From contig NC_042997.1 of the NCBI RefSeq assembly GCF_006345805.1, forward strand, positions 134,044,001-134,108,000: DNA of 64,000 nt, in the 5' to 3' direction. This document shows positions 54,175-64,000 of this stretch, in pieces; position 1 is the stretch's first letter, and every line of letters begins with the position of its first letter. The stretch is from Octopus sinensis. Its lineage: Eukaryota. A model generated the notes under the pieces. That model did no database searches and was not told the origin of the DNA. It saw nothing but the letters and a program-made list of their open reading frames with translations. Position numbers and translations under genes: made by a program.

Positions 54175-54693
54175 TACCATTGTTGTTGTTGTTATCGTTG
54201 ACGATGATGATGAATATCCCAAGACTAGCCCTTTGTGAGCAGTACCTACGATCGAAAGATTACCCGTCAATCCCTATTATTTGTTTTTCTTTTTTCCTTT
54301 ATATTATCAAATGAGTCATGCTGTTTTCAGGCGCTAGGAAGTGCAGGGCTTGAGAGATATTTTAGTGTTATTTTAAGCAAATGGAGTGAACGCTTGATGT
54401 CTAACAACACTGAGGGATAGGGGGCAAGAGGGAGAAAGAGAGTGTGTTTATGCATGAGAGAGAGAGAGTGAGAGAGGGATAGAGATAGAGAGGGTGATAG
54501 AAAGAGAGTGAGAGAGAGAATGTGTGTGCTTGAGAGAGAAAACGAGTAAGAGAGAAGAGAAGGACTAGCTACAAAACCGCACCGGTACTTTATCGAAAAA
54601 GATGAAAGGTAAAGAAGACTTCAACGAAATTCGAATTCATTGCGCAGAGACTCAGAAAGGATAGCACCAACCACCTTACACGATGCTCTTAAG

Positions 54694-55031
54694 CAGTGGT
54701 TCTCAATTGGGGTCCATATAAAATTTTGGATGGGGGTCCTCGCAACAAAATTATAAATTGGGGATCCACAATAGTATTTTAAGGGTCCCTGAAAAATTTT
54801 TTTTGCTTTAGATTTATACATTGGTATGTACAACAAAAAGCATCTAGGGTTATTTCTCTAACATTTTATATAGTTCAACCTACACAAGTTAATGGCTGAA
54901 AAGCAAAACGAGAATTTTAAAAGAAGTACCTATAAAACTAGGTTTTAAGCACCAAATGGCGATGGTGTCCTCCAGAAAAGAATTTTAATCAAAGGGGCCC
55001 ATAGTTAAAAAAAAACTCCTGAGAGCCCCTG
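54694..55031. mobile_element. hAT (Charlie-like) MITE
   Basis: cagtggttctca ... tgagagcccctg; TSD ctcttaag / ctctaaag. Confidence 0.75.
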
Positions 55032-55843
55032 CTCTAAAGCAAGTGTATCAAATATACGGTACGTGGCTGAGTCCCGAACCTTGTGGTTGCGAAACAAGCT
55101 TCTTTATTTCATAAAATTTGCCACAAGGGCAGTACAGAGAAGCAATGCGGGCTGGACAAACACATTAATGAGATAAGGAATGATATGCATGAATATAAAA
55201 AATGGGAGGAGTATTCGGCGCCCGCCAACCGAACACCCCTCGAAATCACAGTTTCTTAACAATATACAATAATTTACAATATATCAATATACATCAATGC
55301 TATTCAATTACAAAAATTAATTACAAAAATGAATCCTCGTCCGAAATACCACACAAATACCCCGCCGACATCAGACAAGCCTGCATCGTAACTATCTAGT
55401 GAGAAGGTCCCCCACGCCTTTAGTTTGTATATTATGATATTACAGCCACGGCTGTACATAATGTGTATATAATGATATATAGCAACCTTTTATGCAATTT
55501 CTTAATCGTAGCAAGACTATAAAACAAAAACAATCATTTATCGTTAATACGAAGGGTGCTGAAAAGCTCCTGGTTTTGGGTAAAAGAAAATACAGGAGGA
55601 TCAATTAATTACGATTTTATTCAACATATTCCCCTCTTTTACTCTTTTACTTGTTTCAGTCATTTGACTGTGGCCATGCTGGAGCACCGCCTTTAGTCGA
55701 GCAAATTGACCCCAGGACTTATTCTTTATAAGCCTAGTACTTATTCTATCGGTCTCTTTTTTGCTGAATCGCTAAGTTACGGGGACTTAAACACACCAGC
55801 ATCAGTTGTCAAGCGATATTATATATATATATATATATATATA

Positions 55844-56213
55844 CTAGCAGTATCGCCCGGCGTTGCTCAGGTTTGTAAGGGAAATAACTATAAAGCATTT
55901 TTAGAGAGTTATAGCCAAAAAATAGCAAAAAAATGGAAAAAAAATGATGGTAAATTTTTTTTGAGAGTTAAAAAAGGTGGAGTTGCATCCCCTAGACGGT
56001 CTGTGGTTTGGGTTTCTGATTCTCGACCCCATGTCGAATTTATCGATTTTTTTCAGAACTGGGGGAACTTTTCAAAATTTTCGCTGCGTTAGTTTTGAAT
56101 TATGACATTGGGCTATGTGTGTGTCAAGTTTCATCAGAATCGGTTGAAAGCCGTGGTCAGAGTGAGGGTACGAGAAAACAGACACACAGAAAACGCACAG
56201 ACAAACTGCCGTT

Positions 56214-56220
<7 letters not shown>
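55844..56220 (-). mobile_element. Non-autonomous Helitron inside a SINE B microsatellite
   Basis: Minus-strand 3' end cctgagcaacgccggg...CTAG|T; the 5' end merges with (TA)n. Confidence 0.7.
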
Positions 56221-56275
<55 letters not shown>

Positions 56276-57088
56276 TATATATATATAGTTATATTTCGGA
56301 ATGGCCATTTTGCCAGTTTAGCCAATAAAAACACACGCACTATATATTTGATGTTACTTTGCTTCAGTGTTATTTATTTGCACAACAAATATATAAAAAT
56401 ATATACATATATACGACTGGCTTCTTTCAGTTTCCATCTACAAATCCACTCACAAGGCTTTGGTCGGCCTGAGGCTATAGTAGAAGACACTTGCGCAAGG
56501 TGCCACGCAGTGGGACTGAACCCGGAGCATGTGGTTAATAAGCAAGCTACTTGCCACACAGCCACTCCTACGCCCCTCTCAAATTCACACACTTACTGGA
56601 GCGGTCCTCCAATTTTTTCTAAGTCCTGTAAAAGCACTCAGAAGGCTGGGCCTCCAACCAAGCCTTTCGTGGTACCCTTAAAGCTAGGAACTTTTCATCA
56701 CTCCTCGTACATAACATGTACCGTTTGAAAGCATGTTTGCATTGTTTTGTGGCATTGCATGTATAATCAGTATTTTTAATGTTGATGACGAAGGCGTATA
56801 TTCTAACTGACGTCACAAAAACAAATTTGTTTTCTTTTCTCCCACCGAACAACCTTTAATTTATGACCTCTAAAACTATTTCCTGTGGTATTTTTGCTGT
56901 GATTTTTTTCGGGTTATTTCAAAGTAACCCCCCCCCCCACAAAAAAAAACGAATTCTTTTGATAATGATCATTAAGGTAATACATTAAGGTACTGAATGT
57001 GAAAGGAGAATTCGGAAGAATTTGAGTTCCGGTAGGTAGAGGGATCTGCTCAGTGTCAATGAATAGACCAGTCCCCAACACAATTTCA

Positions 57089-57134
<46 letters not shown>

Positions 57135-57154
57135 CCAATCTATGTATCTATCTA

Positions 57155-57195
<41 letters not shown>

Positions 57196-57250
57196 CTACC
57201 TACCTATCTATCTATCTATCTATCTATCTAACTATTTTTTAAACTATCTA

Positions 57251-57283
<33 letters not shown>

Positions 57284-57305
57284 CTATCTACCTACCTACC
57301 TATCA

Positions 57306-57401
<96 letters not shown>

Positions 57402-57418
57402 GTCTGTCTATCTGTCTG

Positions 57419-57504
<86 letters not shown>

Positions 57505-57903
57505 AGTAAGGTTCAGTTGAATGAGGTACTTAAATTAAGGCATCTCATTCAATCGGAATAATATACGCACACAATTATATTTAAATATCAAACTTGGCAC
57601 TTAATTACCGGCCGAATGATATTCTTGCAGTGTATGTTGACAATTAGACTCAGCTGAGCGACGAAATCCGCCCTTGAGCTATTCAAACATGTACATTATA
57701 TTAAATATGCAGTCCATAATATTTACGAAGAGCAGATTCCGAGACAGGTGAATAAATATAAATAAGTAACAGTAGAGGTAATGGATTGATACCTGTACCT
57801 CTACTGTTACTCATACATACATACATACATACATACATACATACATACATACATACGTACGTACATACATACGTACATACATACATACATACATACATGC
57901 ATA

Positions 57904-57948
<45 letters not shown>

Positions 57949-58091
57949 AGATAAACCTCCTGTGCATTAAAATGCAATTTTTGCAGTGTGCATTAATTGC
58001 TGTAGAAATATATGTAGGTGCAGAAATGAAAAATAAGTAATTTGTTGAAAAAAACTGGATATAAATTTCTATTCTCCTTTATTATAAATTC

Positions 58092-58165
<74 letters not shown>

Positions 58166-58173
58166 ATATATAT

Positions 58174-58265
<92 letters not shown>

Positions 58266-58689
58266 CAAAATAAGAAAATGGAGAAATACACCTTAATCAA
58301 TAATCAACTACCAGATAATACCCAATCACATAATTTATTAACCCACTACATATGAACATCAAGGTCAAACATAATAGTATAGAACAAAACAATGCACATC
58401 AATGAGTGATATGATACAATAAATACAATATGTATAAGTGAATATAAATAAATATAAATATAAATATAAACTATATCTTACAGCTGTTTCAGCCATGCAG
58501 ATATGGGTATCTCATTATGCTCATATTAGCCAGGTGTGATAAGTTAATATGTGGTTTGACACAATCGTTTCATTCACAAATTGAATTCGGTGATACCAGT
58601 TGCGGATTCTAGCTCGCTCTGATACTGAGTTGAGTTGGTGCCTTCTGGTATCTCAAAATTCAATATATAATCATTTATGATTATAGTAT

Positions 58690-58796
58690 TCTACGCTGAA
58701 GAGAAAAGAAGTTTCGGTAAGATAGAATTATTTAATATTTAATATTTAATTCTTATGCTTTCCTAAAAACTTGATTTCGAAACGTACGTCCGTGGA
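58690..58796 (+). ncRNA. Type I hammerhead ribozyme, array copy 1
   Basis: tctacg-CTGAAGA-gaaa...tttc-GAAA-cgtacg-TC-cgtgga; GUC triplet at 58788-58790. Confidence 0.88.
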
Positions 58797-59288
58797 TAAC
58801 TAAAAAAATGTATGATAGATTGCAGTCAATTCATTCTCTCTTACTGTTTGTGTCTGCCTTCCAAATGCTGTTTTTACTGAGATCTCCTTTTTTTAGTAGA
58901 AGAATAGCTATAACCCTTTGACTGCTATTTCTAAATTCGGTATGTGGTAAGGCAACTCGTTGCTAAACCCTTATTGCTTAGTATTACTTAAATTTTCCTC
59001 GAATGAGGCTTTTACATGCCGAAGACTACTTGGTGTAATTGATAATTTTTCCAAATTAATTAATTTCACCCTTCATTATTACGGATAACCATATTTTATC
59101 TCAGTAGATGACCACAGCATCTTGTTTTGGCTACACGCGGGTGGGAAGGGGCTGTTGACACAATCGTTTCATTCACAAATTGAATTCGGTGATACCAGTT
59201 GCGGATTCTAGCTCGCTCTGATACTGAGTTGAGTTGGTGCCTTCTGGTATCTCAAAATTCAATATATAATCATTTATGATTATAGTAT

Positions 59289-59393
59289 TCTACGCTGAAG
59301 AGAAAAGAAGTTTCGGTAAGATAGAATTATTAATATTTAATATTTAATTCTTATGCTTCCTAAAAACTTGATTTCGAAACGTACGTCCGTGGA
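59289..59393 (+). ncRNA. Type I hammerhead ribozyme, array copy 2
   Basis: Same core and stems as copy 1. Confidence 0.88.
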
Positions 59394-59885
59394 TAACTAA
59401 AAAAATGTATGATAGATTGCAGTCAATTCATTCTCTCTACCTGTTTGTGTCTGCCTTCCAAATGCTGTTTTTACTGAGATCTCCCTTTTTAGTAGAAGAA
59501 ATAGCTATAACCCTTTGACTGCTATTTCTAAATTCGGTATGTGGTAAGGCAACTCGTTGCTAAACCCTTATTGCTTAGTATTACTTAAATTTTCCTCGAA
59601 TGAGGCTTTTACATGCCGAAGACTACTTGGTGTAATTGATAATTTTTCCAAATTAATTAATTTCACCCTTCATTATTACGGATAACCATATTTTATCTCA
59701 GTAGATGACCACAGCATCTTGTTTTGGCTACACGCGGGTGGGAAGGGGCTGTTGACACAATCGTTTCATTCACAAATTGAATTCGGTGATACCAGTTGCG
59801 GATTCTAGCTCGCTCTGATACTGAGTTGAGTTGGTGCCTTCTGGTATCTCAAAATTCAATATATAATCATTTATGATTATAGTAT

Positions 59886-59991
59886 TCTACGCTGAAGAGA
59901 AAAGAAGTTTCGGTAAGATAGAATTATTTAATATTTAATATTTAATTCTTATGCTTTCCTAAAAACTTGATTCGAAACGTACGTCCGTGGA
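59886..59991 (+). ncRNA. Type I hammerhead ribozyme, array copy 3
   Basis: Same core and stems as copy 1. Confidence 0.88.
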
Positions 59992-60484
59992 TAACTAAAA
60001 AAATGTATGATAGATTGCAGTCAATTCATTCTCTCTTACCTGTTTGTGTCTGCCTTCCAAATGCTGTTTTTACTGAGATCTCCCTTTTTAGTAGAAGAAA
60101 TAGCTATAACCCTTTGACTGCTATTTCTAAATTCGGTATGTGGTAAGGCAACTCGTTGCTAAACCCTTATTGCTTAGTATTACTTAAATTTTCCTCGAAT
60201 GAGGCTTTTACATGCCGAAGACTACTTGGTGTAATTGATAATTTTTCCAAATTAATTAATTTCACCCTTCATTATTACGGATAACCATATTTTATCTCAG
60301 TAGATGACCACAGCATCTTGTTTTGGCTACACGCGGGTGGGAAGGGGCTGTTGACACAATCGTTTCATTCACAAATTGAATTCGGTGATACCAGTTGCGG
60401 ATTCTAGCTCGCTCTGATACTGAGTTGAGTTGGTGCCTTCTGGTATCTCAAAATTCAATATATAATCATTTATGATTATAGTAT

Positions 60485-60591
60485 TCTACGCTGAAGAGAA
60501 AAGAAGTTTCGGTAAGATAGAATTATTTAATATTTAATATTTAATTCTTATGCTTTCCTAAAAACTTGATTTCGAAACGTACGTCCGTGGA
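60485..60591 (+). ncRNA. Type I hammerhead ribozyme, array copy 4
   Basis: Same core and stems as copy 1. Confidence 0.88.
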
Positions 60592-60913
60592 TAACTAAAA
60601 AAATGTATGATAGATTGCAGTCAATTCATTCTCTCTTACCTGTTTGTGTCTGCCTTCCAAATGCTGTTTTTACTGAGATCTCCCTTTTTAGTAGAAGAAA
60701 TAGCTATAACCCTTTGACTGCTATTTCTAAATTCGGTATGTGGTAAGGCAACTCGTTGCTAAACCCTTATTGCTTAGTATATATATATATATATATACAA
60801 AGGGTTACAGTTTTTGTTTCTTAGCTAAATGAAAACATCATTGTCACTCGCATAAGTTCATTAGCAACAAATAAGTGAAAGTTTAAAATGTGGAAGGTAT
60901 TTCTGCCGCACCT

Positions 60914-60957
<44 letters not shown>

Positions 60958-60958
<1 letters not shown>

Positions 60959-61164
60959 CAAGGTGCGGCAGAAATACCTCCCACATTTTAGACTTTCACT
61001 TATTTGTTGCTAATGAACTTATGCAAGTGACAATGATGTTTTCATTTAGCTAAGAAACAAAAACTGTAACCCTTTGTTTAAACAACAGTAAAATTAATTT
61101 TTCATAAATGTTATTTCTTTTTCCTTTTGTCAACCTTTCAAATGTGGGAGGTATTTCTGTCGCA
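60958..61164. mobile_element. Tc1/mariner-type MITE whose left 120 bp is also present inverted at 60797-60916
   Basis: ta-caaggtgcggcagaaatacctcccacattt ... aaatgtgggaggtatttctgtcgca. Confidence 0.7.
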
Positions 61165-61529
61165 AATCGAAAAATAACAAAACGAAAGTTAAAAGGGCGT
61201 ACCCATGGAATGTATTATGTTGACGCTCGGTATAAGATAGAAAAAGGAATGGGTGTCTAACGTTTCGAGAATTTCGTATACTGACAGTCAGTTTCGGCAA
61301 TTTCCGTTGCCTTATTAGCAAGGAATGGCTCGGCTTCGGCAGGTTCCGGAGTGAATTCTCTATTAGTACATATGTTTTCATCATAGAAATCTATGGATGA
61401 TTTAGGGAATCGCTAATGTGTAGAGAGAAAATTAATGTAGACAGCAACTTGTAATGTTTTACCAAAAGGAAAAACTATAATCTAACACCCTAGTCACATC
61501 TAGTGACGATTATAGTATCTCTTTCTCTC

Positions 61530-61934
61530 CCTCTCTGGAAGGCTTGCCGAATTTGTTCAACTGTATCATCTGAAGGTGAGGGGCATCATGTTCTTTTTAC
61601 TGGGCACAAAACTCCCACTTCAAATTTTGCATGCCAATTCAAAATAGAACGTCTGTCAGGTGCCTCCTTGGTAAATGTTGTACGAAATTTGTGTTGAACA
61701 GTTTTAGCGTATTCTAGGACACGAAATGAATTCTCTTGTTTTGTGCATGGCATTACTGGATCTGAAAAGAAACAATAAACAAAATCAAATTAAATTTAAT
61801 TAAAATAAAATTAAATTAACAGAAGAAAACTTGACACTTTTAACTTTTAAATGGTACTAGTTCAATCATGTTACCATTTGTAATTCAAGGTATAAGAGTT
61901 TTTAGAGTGTGACAGACTTTTGAAACACCCTGTA
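61530..61934 (-). mobile_element. Tc1/mariner left end with DUF4817-like HTH start
   Basis: TIR tacagggtgtttcaaaagtc; FRVLEYAKTVQHKFRTTFTKEAPDRRSILNWHAKF...VEQIRQAF. Confidence 0.7.
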
Positions 61935-62458
61935 TAATACTGTTCACTTCGATTAATATATTCGCTCTACTGACAGAAATACGAGTGCAGTTGTTTCCTG
62001 ACTTATAGACTCTTAGACGGCTTTCAGACAAACACACACACACACATTCTATGCGCGCGCGTATCTTTGTGCTTATGTTTGTCCCTCACCACCGCTTGAC
62101 AACCGATGGTTGCGTGTTTGCGTCTCCGTATACTAGCGGTTCAGCAAAAGTGTCCGATAGAATAAGAAATAGGCTTAGAAAGAAAATCCTAGGGTCGATT
62201 TGTTCGACTAAAAGACCCTTCAAAGCAGTGCCTCAGCATGGCCACAGTCAAATGAGTAAAACAAATAAAAGATAAAAGATTTTTTAATTTATTTTTTTTT
62301 AATTTGATTTTTTTTTTGTTCTTTTCTTCCCTTTTACGATCCCTCTTGATCGAAAACCTACGCCCCCTCTTTTTTTTTCATCCCCCAAAAGAAAAGCTCT
62401 ACCTTGTAACTTGTCCCATCTGTGTGCAGCCCTGTGTGGCCAATAAAGAAACTTATCC

Positions 62459-62527
<69 letters not shown>

Positions 62528-62540
62528 CCTACCTACCTAC

Positions 62541-62625
<85 letters not shown>

Positions 62626-63399
62626 ACCATCACTTTCTTTCATGATTTTTTATTATTTTTGTCTTCTTTGCTTTCCTGTTTTTTCTTTCCTGTCTCTTCC
62701 TTATGGAGACAACGTGCTCAACAAATCATTTCGCCTATAAATAGCGCACCTTGGATTAAATTAGATCAGTAATAATAAAGACCATCCCATAACATGTGGA
62801 CAGTACTTCAGAGTGGGCACACTGCTTATGAAAAGAGCCATGTGCGCGTATATATTTGCTCAATGTCTGTCTGCCTACAGCATCATATTACTCGAGTAAG
62901 CTACATACACATTTATAGGCGGAATTTCAGATCAGGACGCCTACACAAGTTGGATTTTCTGTTTTTCTTTTTTTTTTTTTGTAGGGGATTTTTCCACTAG
63001 TTTTTCAAAACGTCCTTGGAAACGATGGTCAGAGGTCATTTATGGAAATAAATTTTGAAAAAAAAACCTTTTTTTTACCCTTTTCTCATCTTTCGAATTT
63101 ATCCCCCTCCGGACCAATTCTGGCCAAATATTTTTGGCATTACGGACTTAAAAACGATGGGAGAAACCTTTTCTGTTAAAAAAAAAAAGAACAAAACTTT
63201 TGAAAATATTTTCAGATGAAAAAATATGTGATTTAAGAGAGAATTAGGTGTTGTTTCTAGCTTGTCGGAGAGGCTTCTTCCTTTGTTTTTAAGTGCATAG
63301 TGCAAAAAGACTTAAGGAAATCAATCCGGAGGTTGGGTGCCATTATATGGGACACCCTACCCCCGAACGCTAAAATCTGTTTATGGGGAGAAAAATATT

Positions 63400-63630
63400 T
63401 ATTTCTTCATTGCCCATCGGGAGCTAAACATAAAGGGGACAAAGACAGACAAAGGGCTTAAGTCGATTACATCGACTCCAGTACACAACTGATACTTATT
63501 TAATCGACCCCGAAAGGAGGAAAGGCAAAGTCGACATCGGCGGAATTTGAACTCAGAACGTAATGGCAGACGAAATACCGCTTAGCATTTCGCCCGGCGT
63601 ACTAACGATTCTGCCAGCTCGCCGCTTTTG
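63400..63630 (-). mobile_element. SINE A with 16-bp TSD
   Basis: tggggagaaaaatatt at 63384-63399 and 63631-63646. Confidence 0.9.
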
Positions 63631-64000
63631 TGGGGAGAAAAATATTGAAACATCTATCAGACAGACAAAGAAATGAGGAAGGCAACTGGTGGTCGTCGGA
63701 AGTGCTAGAAGCAGCGGTTAAATCTCCCTTAATTTGCACACATTTTCGTCTGAAAATATTAAAATAAAATTTACTTTAATTTTTTATTTATTACAGAAAT
63801 GGCTTCTCCCATCTCTTTAAAGCGTGTAATGCCAAAATAATGGCTAAAATCGGTCCGGAGTTGAAGGACGGTGAGGGGGATGAAAGGAAGAGGGAGAGGC
63901 AATCATAAATTTCTAAAATTAATTTTTATAAAAAAGCTTCTCTCCATCTTTTTCTTAGGCCGTAGTGAAAAAAATAAATTGAAAAGTCCCCGCCCACATG

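Larger units (their letters stand above)
58556..60780 (+). repeat. Tandem array of ~599-bp non-coding units (3.7 copies), each with a hammerhead ribozyme
   Basis: Unit starts at 58556, 59155, 59752, 60351; units differ almost only by single-base indels; the array ends in (TA)n. Confidence 0.95.

Noticed and set aside
54000-54245. Minus-strand segment with AG/GT boundaries and poly-His/Asn potential
   Set aside because: All three frames contain stops and the core is trinucleotide repeat.
58556-60780. CRISPR array or rDNA/snRNA tandem cluster
   Set aside because: Whole units are identical with no unique spacers, and no 5S, tRNA or snRNA sequence was recognised.

Overview
Eukaryotic, very AT-rich, repeat-saturated DNA. 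It is most likely a cephalopod (Octopus-like) intronic or intergenic region; this is inferred from recalled tRNA-SINE families and the microsatellite load, not from a search. I find no intact host protein-coding gene, and almost all of the ORF track is microsatellite or SINE translation. Recognisable content: dozens of copies of three tRNA-derived SINE families; decayed LINEs (RTE, L1/Tx1, CR1-like, and an R4/Dong-like RLE element sitting in (TAA)n); DNA transposon relics (Tc1 with DD36E spacing, mariner/maT, hAT and Merlin-like MITEs); Helitron and Helentron pieces; and Penelope-like (GIY-YIG) fragments. The main hidden signal is a set of type I hammerhead ribozyme (HHR) motifs in non-coding units anchored in (TA)n. 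A ~599-bp unit is repeated 3.7 times head-to-tail with four intact HHRs (58556-60780). A ~560-bp HHR dimer with an inverted arm lies at 28097-29087, and further HHRs sit at about 15.6, 34.3, 39.7, 41.4 and 52.5 kb. The 28-kb and 59-kb units have different ribozymes but share a downstream block with a compensatory base-pair change and end at nearly the same point. This suggests a retrozyme-like (non-autonomous Penelope-type, possibly circular RNA-forming) system with a second conserved RNA element. All coordinates and folds were read by eye and are accurate to a few bases.
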